A DNA stretch of 62,940 bases, the filler included, from Licmophora abbreviata (Eukaryota): assembly GCA_900291995.1 (NCBI GenBank). It is 16 parts of 16 records of this genome, joined end to end, with 100 filler letters (N's around TTAATTAATTAA, not from the genome) between each part and the next. Parts side by side here need not be neighbours in the genome. Positions count along the whole stretch, not along the records: positions 33,509 to 38,122 come from OLMU01002059.1; positions 38,223 to 45,297 come from OLMU01002060.1; positions 45,398 to 48,471 come from OLMU01002061.1; 13 more parts are not named here. One strand, given 5' to 3'. Made by a program: the position numbers and the translations under genes. Of the stretch, positions 35,260-45,963 are shown in pieces. Every line of letters starts with the position of its first letter. Within the stretch, counting starts at the first letter, position 1. A model generated the notes under the pieces. It did not search any database. It saw nothing but the letters and a program-made list of their open reading frames with translations, and had not been told where the DNA came from.

Positions 35260-35770
35260 GAATGCAATTGGCGATCGCAGTCCTCGCCGCTCACGATGGT
35301 GTATCCCTGCACCCACATCTTGCTCTGTTCATCAATGTTTTGGTCGCGACGCTGCGACGCTTATTGAACGCGTCCCGCGCGCGCTGGAAGATTAAGAGAA
35401 GCGCGCAGTCCTCGCATATCGGGTCTTTCCGTCACCCGGCGAGAGGCTATTGTTGCTCGTTTCCACGTCAGCAGAACTCACTTTCATCCCGCGCCGCACA
35501 TACGCCGTGTGCTCTGCGTCTCACAAACTCCAAGAGTTCCTCCGATGACACGACATCAAACCTTGCTCAGGAAGCATCATCAGGATGATACGATCGTGTG
35601 AACACAACACACAAACTCTATGTATAGACTCATTCGTTCAATATCATCAACGTCGACCCCGTGAGGCTTTTACTCATCATCATCGAAGCCAGCGCAACTT
35701 TCGAATTTGGAATTCTGAAGCCTCACTTTTTCATCACAAACGCATTCTCACTGTTTTCTGTATCATCATC

Positions 35771-37222
35771 ATGACGATTCTCCCGCACAACCAACGGCCT
35801 TCCCTCTTGGTCCAAGGCCTATCTTCCTCCTCTCCCTCCAAGCCTATCGAACGAGTCGTCTTGATTGGCGGCGGACATGCGCACGCTCAGGTCATTCGCG
35901 CTCTGAACCAAAAGAGTCGACCGAGCCACGTTCACGTCACCCTCATCGACGTCCAGAAAGACGGGTCGTACAGTGGCATGGTCCCTGGATGTATAGCCAG
36001 GGCATATTCAGCAGAGCAGACACTCTTGCATCTAGAACCGCTTGCTGAATGGGCAGGAATTGACTTTGTTCAGGATAAGGTCGTCGACATGGATCTCGAA
36101 CGAAATTGTGTCTACGTGGAGCACAGCGACACGCCGATTCCGTTTGATGTTTGCAGCATCGATATTGGGAGTACGTCGCGAGGCGTTGAGGAGACACCTG
36201 GAGCCAAAGTGTATAGCATTCCGACGCGGCCTATTTCCGAGTTGGTGCGACGTATTGAAGAAGCCGAAGCAGACATAGCTCCGGACAAAGAAGAGCATGT
36301 CGTTGTGGTTGGTGGTGGCGCAGCGGGAGTGGAACTGTCCATGAGCATCAAGGGGCGATGGGGCCCACTGACGGACAATCTGAAAGTAACATTGTTGGAT
36401 TCAGGAACGGAGCTTCTGCCGAGCGAGTCGCCTGCCTGTCGCAAAGCCACGCGCGAGGTCGTCGCGGAACGGGGAATTCGAGTTCGCCACAGGTGTCAAG
36501 TCGAGCGCGTCACGTCGGACGCTGTGTGTCTGACGAATGGTGAGGAGATTCCCTACTCGCATTGTATTTGGGCTGGTGGTGCGGCGGCTCACCCACTGGC
36601 CTACAAACTGCAGAAGAAGGGATTGGCCGTCAATGAACGTGGGTGGTTTCGAGTCAACCGGAATCTTCAGAGTCTGTCGCATCCGCGTATCTTTGCGGCT
36701 GGTGACTGTTCCAGCATGGAAGGTCTCGCGACTAGACCACCACCGAAGGCCGGAGTCTATGCCGTACGTGCCGGGCCTATACTGATTGAGAACCTGACGG
36801 CGTTTCTACAGCACAAGTCACTTCGAAAATACACACCACAAGATGACTTCCTGAAACTACTTGTATGTGGAGATGGGACAGCCATGGGCTTCCGATTTGG
36901 CATTCCCTTTCGTGGGAAGTGGGTTTTTGACTTGAAAGATTCCATTGATACTCAGTTTATGAGTCTCTTTCGACGAGAAAACTTGCCCGAACTGGAAGAG
37001 GGACAATCGTACGACACGTCGCAGTACGACGAAGTAAAACAACCTGCAGAGTGGGAACGCATGACTCCTGAAAAGGCGGCCGATCTGTTGAGCTGCCCGG
37101 ACGATGACGTGGACTATCGAGACGCCCAGCATTTGCTGCGCGACATGACGGCCGATCAACGATATAGGAACGAAGTTCTGTCGATGGTAGATGCGCACTC
37201 GTTTGTGTCCGTTGTGGGGTAG
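35771..37222 (+). CDS. FAD-dependent pyridine nucleotide-disulfide oxidoreductase of the type found N-terminal to SelD, here stand-alone
   Basis: VVLIGGGHAH, YSGMVPG, VVGGGAAGVEL, IFAAGDC, PKAGVYAVRAGP, YTPQDDFLKLL, WVFDLKDSIDTQFM. Confidence 0.85.
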   Translation: MTILPHNQRPSLLVQGLSSSSPSKPIERVVLIGGGHAHAQVIRALNQKSRPSHVHVTLIDVQKDGSYSGMVPGCIARAYSAEQTLLHLEPLAEWAGIDFVQDKVVDMDLERNCVYVEHSDTPIPFDVCSIDIGSTSRGVEETPGAKVYSIPTRPISELVRRIEEAEADIAPDKEEHVVVVGGGAAGVELSMSIKGRWGPLTDNLKVTLLDSGTELLPSESPACRKATREVVAERGIRVRHRCQVERVTSDAVCLTNGEEIPYSHCIWAGGAAAHPLAYKLQKKGLAVNERGWFRVNRNLQSLSHPRIFAAGDCSSMEGLATRPPPKAGVYAVRAGPILIENLTAFLQHKSLRKYTPQDDFLKLLVCGDGTAMGFRFGIPFRGKWVFDLKDSIDTQFMSLFRRENLPELEEGQSYDTSQYDEVKQPAEWERMTPEKAADLLSCPDDDVDYRDAQHLLRDMTADQRYRNEVLSMVDAHSFVSVVG

Positions 37223-37412
37223 GGGATCATCCCTCATATTTCGCTCGGTACATATGATAACTGCAGTAAAATGCGAAGTCACTCATGTCACACCTGCTAT
37301 TCAAACTAAGATCATTGCCCCGGTAGCATTCCAGAGATGAACGCTACACTTACCTTTCCCCTCCGTCTTCCGTGAAATACCGGTACAACTCTCCAGGGAG
37401 CCCAGGGTGAAG

Positions 37413-37504
37413 TGAGTCAGAGTCGAGTCGAGTCGAGTCTAGAGTCAGGTGAGTCGCGTGGGTCGAGCGGTCATCGCATGAGACGAGGCGAGTCACTCGA
37501 CTCA
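37413..37504. repeat. Second GAGTC pentamer array, intergenic
   Basis: TGAGTCAGAGTCGAGTCGAGTCGAGTCTAGAGTC...GAGTCACTCGACTCA. Confidence 0.8.
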
Positions 37505-37828
37505 TTCCCGATCACATTCGGAGTTCGTAGCTCGAACGAAGATATCTAAAATATTGAACATCGTCGCATTGCTATATCGCGTAGAACTCTACGGCCCATT
37601 TCCTGGTAGTAGTTCTAAAATGTGTAGAAACCTACGCAAGTTTTCTTGTAGTATTTCTGGAGTGCTCTGCCTACATGAACATGGTACTTCTCCCAATTTT
37701 TGAGACAAAGATGTGTGCGAGACACAGCCGGACACCGAAGAGAAGTCATCAAAGGACCGCGAGAACAGGCATCAGGCGAGACCTGCTCAGAGAGTATACC
37801 AACAACACTTTCGAATTGACGATTGATC

Positions 37829-40800
37829 ATGTCGTTTCGTCGTCCTATTGGCGCACAGGCCGACTTGAAAGAGCTGGAATACGTCTCGGCTCTTCATCAG
37901 ACAGGCTTGCCCTTGCTTCGCGACAATGGGACGGTATCTTCGATCGATATCCAAAGGTTCTTAAAATCCCGAATTGGGATTGAGGCAGATCACTCTCTTC
38001 ACTGCCTTCGCATCGTGCGCGGCCTTGGAGGCGGGGTCTTGGGGGATGAAGCTATTGAGCAAATCTTGAATTCTCAGGATTCTACGGGCGCCAAGTCGCC
38101 CGAAGAAGCGATGAAGAAAGAANNNNNNNNNNNNNNNNNNNNNNNNNNNNNNNNNNNNNNNNNNNNTTAATTAATTAANNNNNNNNNNNNNNNNNNNNNN
38201 NNNNNNNNNNNNNNNNNNNNNNGCCAAGAAGCAGGATGACGTCGAGGCCCAGGAGAAAGAGACGAAGGAGAAGAGGCTGAAAAACCGAACGAGGACGAAA
38301 CATTCGAAGAATATCTTGACTTGGTGCAGCTTCTTGCAGCTCTCTTGATCCCAACGCTCGCTCGCGCGGGAAAGGAATGGCGTGGCGAACATGGCGAAGG
38401 CAACGAGGAAGATTCGCGTGAGGGAGTTTACGAAGAAGAAGAAGGCCAAAAGCAAAGTGTCTTTGCTAGGATTGAGGCATGGGACAAGGCTCGAAGGGAA
38501 GTGAAGAGTCAGGAACTCTACGAGTCGCTTCGTCCCAAACCAGAAAGCCTGTTGAAGGACTCCTTGACGGTACTGCTTCATTCAACGACAGCACAAGTCG
38601 ACGGCGAGTGTAAATCCAGTTTGAACTACCCGGCTGTTACGCCAGCACTGGTACAGGAACTGTTGGAAAGCAACGGGGAGTATGAAAGAGCCGCCGACAC
38701 TGCTCTCGTCGAGAAGATGGTAGCGGCGGCTTCGTCGAAGTCTGGACTGCTCGATGAGGAAGCGTTTGTCAACGCGATCACGTCGGACGTGAGTGAGTAT
38801 CCGATTGGAAGCGAAGATCAACTCACGACAATGTTTTACGACGTTTTCGGTTTTGAAAGCTTCGAGGAAAGGAAAAGGCAGCTGGAGGACGAATCGAATA
38901 TCGAAGGTGTGGCCAAGGACTCGAATGGGATTGACGATGTCACTGATATGGGAGACAACACAAAAGAGAAGGAAGGGGTCCCATCTTATCGATTGGAGAT
39001 TGGCAATGTTCTGTCTCCGATCGATTTCTCGATTGATGCGCATTCCTCGTCTGTACTGATGATTGGGACATGGGTTTTCTTTGTCTTCACGGTCATCCTG
39101 TACGCGACACTCTTCCAGAGCATGGATGCCCTTCAAAAGCAATGCGATTCCAAAACATTCTCGTGCCAGATCCGCAGTACAATTATCGTTTGGATGGTTT
39201 TCGCTTGTATTTTTGTCGTGGTGGGATACGTCATGATCATCCCGCTAAGTTTCGGTAACAATCCTAGGCGTCGGTCGCCTCGGAGCACTGCTTTTTCCTT
39301 GTTCCTTTGCGCGGTGTATACGTGGATGCCATTTGTGGCCATCACGCTGTATCGAGACCAGCGAGAACAGCCTTACAACGGGATGGAAGAAGCCGTAAGC
39401 GGGCCTTACTTCTCGAACTCGATGAATCTTGTTCTTGCGATTGGATGTCTACTCATGGCAATATACTTCCATCAGTTTGTGCTTTCATTGTTGGGCAACA
39501 GACGAATTCGAGAGTCGGAGCTTCTGAACAGGCTATTCGCGACTTCGACAGTCCGAGGAGTGGCCAGGACGAAAAAAGCGGCTACCCGGAAAATCAATAC
39601 AATGCTACAGAATGCGCAGTGTCTTCATTCGTCGGTGTCTAGTCGTTTGTCGTCGGCATCCTTGAATACGAGAAGCTCCTTGCGCGCGAAGAATGGATCG
39701 GAAGAGGCAATGGTGAACTACGTTCTTCGCGGTGAATCATATGAAAACTGTGGCGGGTTACTTTGGACCTGGAAGAGGATTTTCAATGGATCGCTCTTCG
39801 ATACGGAAGGTGTTTGGTTCTGCTCTCGTTTGCTCGTCTTTCAGTTCTGTCAGCTCGTGGTCGCCTTGCTTCTAAGCTACATTGTATTCACGTTTGTCGA
39901 AACGGTTGCCGTGGAGGCCGATGCTGCCACCAAGGATTTGGAAGAAAATCACCCTAATGCACCCGATTGGGTCAAAGATATTGTTCCAACTGGTGCCCAG
40001 GCACGAGGTGCCTTGTATCCGGCAGCGGTGGTCGCTGTTCTCGTGATGATCACTCTCATTCTCATTTATCTCCCGAGCTATACCAGCACTACTATTATGT
40101 ATCGAACGGGGGTGATTCCATCTCTCAAGTCTCATTACTTCACCAAGTATCGAACGAACGTTGACCTTGTAAGTGCTCCCTCGGGTACCATTATCAAAGT
40201 TGTTTGTTTATGTTCTTAATCTGCTCACGTTTTGCACCGGTACGTAGGTATACGGAAACATCGGAAATGCAATCTTCGCCCTTCTGGGTTCAGCGGGGCT
40301 TTTTTGGGCGTTAACCGCGCTTGTGCTGTTCTTGTTTCTGTGGGAGTTTTCTAGAAATTTCATGATTCTGGTGACTGCTTGGGGTAAGACTCATTTTTGT
40401 CGGTGTGCCTTTCGGTGCAGTCTGAATATTGCCTGACATGTTGTCATCTGGGCCAATTGCTGACACAGGAATCGGCCTAACGATCACAATTGTTCTGAAG
40501 ATGATGCTGACCAAGTTATGCCGCAAGAAATTCTTTGCCGGGTTCTACAGGACCCGTCCCGGCGCCGCTAATTTGTCGACGCTCGCTCTTGAATGTTGGT
40601 TCATAGGACTAGGTGGCGGTGTCTTGGTAGGGCGTTTCACTCAGTTTATTCTCGCAGCATGCTTCTGGGTAGGCCGCACGGACGTCCCGTTCCTTAGCGA
40701 GGACGTTTCTGTAATGGGATATGCCTTTGACTATGTGCCCACCAACTTCGTCAAGGACCTCCTGGTTCATGATGCCCATCACCATCCCTATCTGGAACGC

Positions 40801-41097
40801 CTCCTCACCATGTACCTCTTGAAGTTGAAGAACGATTCGTTCTGTACCGACGCAGGTGCTTGTTGGCGTCAACTGCTTGTCGTTTCGCTGATGCCCTGGA
40901 TGATGAAGAGCCGGGTGTTTAGCGACAAGCGTTTGGCTGACGCCATGAAGGCTTTCACCGACCGACGCGTCGAGTTGGAAGAAGAAAGCCGCCCGAGAGG
41001 ATTCAAGGAGGAAGTCATGAGTGGTCTCAACGATATGGCGGAGCAGGTTGTTGATCGACGTCCAGAGGAAAATGAGAGCGCCGATGAAGACAATTAG
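37829..41097 (+). CDS. Large multi-pass membrane protein with STRA6/RBP-receptor-like C-terminus; introns 40169-40247 and 40384-40468; spans a gap
   Basis: Many TM helices; both splices keep the frame; C-terminal R-x12-G-x2-D-x3-L, D-x17-HP and W-x9-P-x5-R pattern. Confidence 0.7.
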
Positions 41098-41201
41098 CCT
41101 TGAACAGAGTCGGGTTTGCGAGGAAAGTGTCGTAGGTTTATTAGCAATATATGTGTTACGTGTTACAATTCTAGCATGCTGTTTACAGCGTATCAGATAC
41201 A

Positions 41202-42176
41202 CTAGTGAAAAGGGCATTTCGATGTCTTTGGGGACGTTGAAAGGGCGTCCCGGTGGCCATTCGCTTTCGTGACATCCAGCTCGCGACTGTTGGTCGGTGC
41301 CATCAACTTAGTCTTGTCACTGACATTTTCCAGCGAGGTCGAGATGTCTTTTGACATTTGCTTGTTGATGGCCCCACCAAACCTCGGCGGAGGCGCAAAC
41401 GGACAGAAACGTGGCACAGTACCCAGATACTGACGATATTCTGGACCAATCGAGTTCTCTAGATCGGGCTCCTCTAGCAAGCGGACGGCCAACACAATAT
41501 ATAGTGTGTCAAAGGTAGCCAACAGCAACTTCGGTGTTGTCAGGATGGGAGACGCCCATAGTCCCGTGAGCATACCAGTCATGATGGGGTGAGAGACCAG
41601 TGTGTAATTCCAACGAACAGTGATCCCGTCTTCATTCTTGGCTGCCGATAAGCCTATGGCTCGGTTAATGTCGACTCCCAGGCCTTGAGTCAAACCAGTA
41701 AGGGAGAAATGATCCAAGGCAAACGTTGCTGTCACAAGAAACAAGAATCCCGTGCCAAAGAGTGCAAGGGTTGCGCAGGCGATCCAAGTTTGCTCGATTA
41801 CATCATAAAGGATGGGACCTTCGAAGTTTCGCCAATAGTGCATTTGAAGGTGAAGCAACACTGCTGACTGCAAGATGTAGAATGGGCGTTCCCAATTGTG
41901 CGGCAGAGACATCCAATGCTTAACGGCTGGGCGAGCCAGGGCCGAGTGAGGGACGCAGAAGGCAGCCATCAAGAATATATCTACCCAAATAGCATCCCAG
42001 AAGGAGTAAGTGGATGCTGATCCAATGCTGTATGGGTCGACGCTCTGCAACAGAGACGGGAGAACCTCCCGCGGCAACATGAACACGAAGTATCCGCACA
42101 GTACCACGAAGAAGTAGAGGTAGGAGCCGGTTGAGAAGACTGCCGACAAGGCTGTCGCTTGATGAGAGTTCGTCAT
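41202..42176 (-). CDS. MddA/nurim (ICMT/PEMT superfamily) integral-membrane methyltransferase-like protein
   Basis: F..PHSALARP..K, ERPFYILQS, TFALDHFSLTGLTQ, Y.LVSHPIMTG...LWASP, EEPDL...GPEYRQY...VP. Confidence 0.8.
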   Translation of the reverse strand: MTNSHQATALSAVFSTGSYLYFFVVLCGYFVFMLPREVLPSLLQSVDPYSIGSASTYSFWDAIWVDIFLMAAFCVPHSALARPAVKHWMSLPHNWERPFYILQSAVLLHLQMHYWRNFEGPILYDVIEQTWIACATLALFGTGFLFLVTATFALDHFSLTGLTQGLGVDINRAIGLSAAKNEDGITVRWNYTLVSHPIMTGMLTGLWASPILTTPKLLLATFDTLYIVLAVRLLEEPDLENSIGPEYRQYLGTVPRFCPFAPPPRFGGAINKQMSKDISTSLENVSDKTKLMAPTNSRELDVTKANGHRDALSTSPKTSKCPFH

Positions 42177-42817
42177 GGGTGAGATGCTGTTACCTGTGAC
42201 TAGACTACAAAGTGCAATTCAAGAGAGGGGGTTTCTATGATTGTAGCTACCATTCCTGAATTTGTGAGAGTTTCTAAAGGCAAAAAGACATGTCATCAGC
42301 GTGATGACCATCGCGTCTGTGTACACGGCGAACAGGATCGAACAGTTCGCTGCGGTTTGCTACGACGTCTCTGTGCGCGGCGAACAGGCTAGAACAGACG
42401 AAAAGACTTGTATGCCGTGATGGTGATGGCATGTGACGTGCAACCTTCGCGCTTGCATGCAGGTTTTTATCGGCTCGTCCGGCGCGCGACGATAATCGGG
42501 ACTGACAAGATGTTGTTAAGAGAGTGGTTTGTGTTTTCGACGCCGGACAGACAAACTCAGATCTTGTTGGTATGGCGCCATACTCGTACCTCGTATCCGT
42601 ATATAGTATATACAAGTAATGGAGGGTGCACTGGTGGTGCAGTTTTTCTGGGTGTGTGCCTTTTGCGACTTTGTGCCTACAACGATGGTCGATGCGACGG
42701 CACAAGGAACACAGCTTTTAGCATCGCAACGGCGTGCTCATAACCACCCCTCAACTAGAACCAAACCATATCGTGACAACCTGGGCCTACAATTCTTCGA
42801 AAGTATTTTCATAGAAG

Positions 42818-43462
42818 ATGACAGCCGTAAATGAGCTCGAAGATCGTGTCGCGAAGCTTGAACAGCACCGATACGGCTGTCCGGAGGGTATCGAGGTGGA
42901 CGACCCCATGCGTCGTGTACGAATTGAAGTAGAACAAAAGGGCCTTGTGAGTGCTGCTTGGAAGTGGGTGCCGGCTGCCTACTATGACTGGACCCTTCAA
43001 GAGCGAGCTAAGTGTCTCCAGGCTCCCTCCACGGACAACCTCTGCAAATCTCTCTTGCTGGAAAATAAGCAGTCGGACAATAGCGATGATCTTACGAACC
43101 CTAAGTTTGTATTGGTCGTAATTCAGTATGAGGCGACCTTGGATACGAGCAAACTAGCTTCCGCAATAAGGTCGCTCCGCCCGAACATCATGGATCGCCT
43201 GGACTACAATCAGTTTGATTTCCGCGTGGCGTCGAGCGAGGACAACGACCGACTTACTGGCTTCAAATTTAACTCGGTGACACCCTTTGGCTTGCTGGAT
43301 AAGAAGGTTCCCATCGTTTTGAGCGAGGCGGTCGTACCGTTGCACTTTTTCTGGATGGGAGGAGGCCACGTGCATTTAAAGTTGGGTCTCGCGGTATCCG
43401 AATTCGTCGCTGCAACGAAAGGTATGGTGGCCGACATAAGCCAGCCTCGAAATGGAGCATGA
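42818..43462 (+). CDS. YbaK/ProXp aminoacyl-tRNA deacylase-like protein
   Basis: LCKSLLLEN, LTGFKFNSVTPFG, FWMGGGHVHLKL. Confidence 0.85.
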   Translation: MTAVNELEDRVAKLEQHRYGCPEGIEVDDPMRRVRIEVEQKGLVSAAWKWVPAAYYDWTLQERAKCLQAPSTDNLCKSLLLENKQSDNSDDLTNPKFVLVVIQYEATLDTSKLASAIRSLRPNIMDRLDYNQFDFRVASSEDNDRLTGFKFNSVTPFGLLDKKVPIVLSEAVVPLHFFWMGGGHVHLKLGLAVSEFVAATKGMVADISQPRNGA

Positions 43463-43578
43463 GGCGATCGAGGGAGTGACGACTAAAACAGTATTCTAAG
43501 TACAGAATCGATTACTTTGTAACTACAAGGCTTAGCAGTTCGTTCGATACTACGAGGTGACTCCAGCTCGCACCGCGC

Positions 43579-44100
43579 TTATTTATCCGCGACAAGTGCC
43601 GCCAATTGGTCTTCGCTCTCCAAAAGGTTGGTGAAGGCGTCGCTCTCTACCCACTTTTCGAAATCGGGCGAGTCGACAGAGGGAATTCCAGTCGACGTCG
43701 CTGCCGGGGCAGCAGCAGCGGGGGGCGCCTCAGGCTCTGGAGGTGCCTTCGTCATGGCACCTTTAATCTTGAAGATTGCAACCAAGGAGCCGTACCCAGT
43801 CAAGATAGCAGCAGCGACTATCGAGGAGAATAAAACAGAGGGTAAGAACCAAGTTAGATTAACATGGAAGAGACGACGATCGGCTAAAAATACGGGCACT
43901 CCAGAAAGGAATCCGGAGTTTCATCGTCACACACTAAAAATCTCACCCTGCCAGTCTTCAGGAAGTACGTTGCGCACTGTCTTGTCAATGCCTGTCCATT
44001 CTGGTTTGGGTCCGGATGCCATGGTACGTCGTTGTTGTTGCTGCATGGCCGTAGAGGCCAAACGGCGGCGAGCCGCCACAGTAGCCAGTGGCAAGACCAT
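43579..44100 (-). CDS. Small single-pass protein with mitochondrial-type presequence; intron 43818-43946
   Basis: Arg/Ala-rich N-terminus MVLPLATVAARRRLAST...RRTMASG; spliced PEDWQ|VAAAILTGYGSLVAIFK helix. Confidence 0.7.
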
Positions 44101-44529
44101 CGTTGAAGCGGCAGAGGGCGCTTGTGTGCGTTTGTGAGCCGGCAGAAGAAGTCAGCGAGGACACTTGACGTAGATTGTAGTACTAATTCTACGTAAGGAC
44201 AGGCTATCGGGCGGCAATCGCGTCCAGTCCGTCCTGCGCGCGCGACCCTCCTCGTAGTTTTTTGACCGCCGCCCGACGATGACGACTTGAGAATGTCGAG
44301 ACAACACGACCCCACATGCATTGCGCCGCGTCTGCCGTTTCTGCCAGCGCTCGCTGAGTCAATTCAACTGTTTGCTTTGTCAGTGGCTTCAAGTTTGCCG
44401 TTGCGGTCTGTCCGGTCGAAAACTGGATTGGTGGAGACGAATCCCGGGCCGAAACGAAAACCGCGCCAGCCCGAGACTTTGTTGTTTGACGATTGATTGT
44501 CCCCCGCGGCCTTTTCCTTTCGCTATATA

Positions 44530-45584
44530 ATGAGACGACTGCTGGGACTAAAAAAGAAGCGTCGGTTGACGCCTCGTGGTAAACCCCCCGGTGACACGTA
44601 CAACTATGCAATGCACGAATATCGTCAGACCGTGGCCCCGGAAACTTCCAATGATGCTGGTACGATTTCCGAGTTTGCCGATTACAAGTACGGTAATTCG
44701 GGGACTGGAGTAGAACTGGGCCATGCTGAAGAGCCGACATATCAGAAAATGGGCGGCGACTCGTCAGTACGAGACAATCGAGCCTCGGGGCTGCCTCCGT
44801 ATCCAGCCAATAGCACATCGAGTTCCGCGCAGCCCCCAATGAAACCTCAGCATGCCGCCTCTCAGCCGTCACTCTCGGAACGACAAACATCAAGGAGGCG
44901 AGCAGACGAAGGCTCGAAACGTCGTCCATTGCTTAGTGAACCGGAAATGCCCGACACGACGTATGAAGAGGAATACGGGGATGCTTACGTGGGCGGGACC
45001 ATCAAATATGTGTATCCGTCCGGCTATCAGTCAATGCGACCCCGCGGTGGGCCTTGGAAATTGAGCCTTGTTATTTGTGTATTATTTACGTGGCTGTCTG
45101 TCTTCATTGTGGGACATTGTTCGGATCGGGTAGCGGAAGATCAGTCGTACCAGGCGAATGAAATTGACGATGACGCGCTCGTAATTGAAACGCGATGGTG
45201 TGGCTCACGGCCCCTATATATTATGTGGGTCATGAGCATGCTAGTCACTGGCTTGGCGATGGCGTACTTGCTCGGTAATTGGCTACATCAAAGTCCGNNN
45301 NNNNNNNNNNNNNNNNNNNNNNNNNNNNNNNNNNNNNNNNNTTAATTAATTAANNNNNNNNNNNNNNNNNNNNNNNNNNNNNNNNNNNNNNNNNNNNGGG
45401 CAAGAGTGACTACTATGTGCGACTGGGCGATGATCCTCATGACGAAGGTGGCTCGGTGGCATCCCAGTCGTCCAGTTTGCAACAGTATCAGCGAACCATC
45501 TATCAGTCGGATGGGACACCTGCCTTTTGGGGAGGACACATTTATCGACCAACCCAAGCTGCTGTCGCCGTCACCAGCCGCTGA
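44530..45584 (+). CDS. Hypothetical two-TM membrane protein; spans a gap
   Basis: 282-aa ORF with two TM helices continues after the gap (GKSDYYV...FWGGHIYRPTQAAVAVTSR*). Confidence 0.65.
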
Positions 45585-45963
45585 TGTCTTGGCTGTCGTC
45601 TCTATCACATATTACTTCTAGAGTAATCTACGGTAGCTATCTTACTAGCTGGCTACATGGGTATTGCCTTCGTACACTTTGTCTTTTTCGGCTTATCCAC
45701 CATTGCTCAGTCGCTGTGAAGTCGCAAGCGGCATGATGTATTTCGTCGTAGTCTACGGATGAAAGATTTCTTCGGAGAGAGCATGAACGAAAAAGAACCT
45801 GTAGGAAGCAGAAGCACGACTGATGACGTGGGCAAATCTGGTCCTCTCTGAGATGTGGTGAGTGTGTTCTTCCATTTCATTTTGCATCGTCGAACACTTC
45901 ACAGATCACAGCAGGGGTAGTATATATACCTCCTATTTTAGTCACTGCTTCTATCCTATTACC

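Noticed and set aside
35771..37400. Selenoprotein or SECIS linked to the SelD-type oxidoreductase
   Set aside because: No in-frame TGA and no convincing SECIS seen.
44204..44929. 241-aa minus-strand ORF and similar long antisense ORFs (e.g. 30689-31387, 24678-25355)
   Set aside because: They overlap better-supported genes on the opposite strand and show no protein-like motifs.
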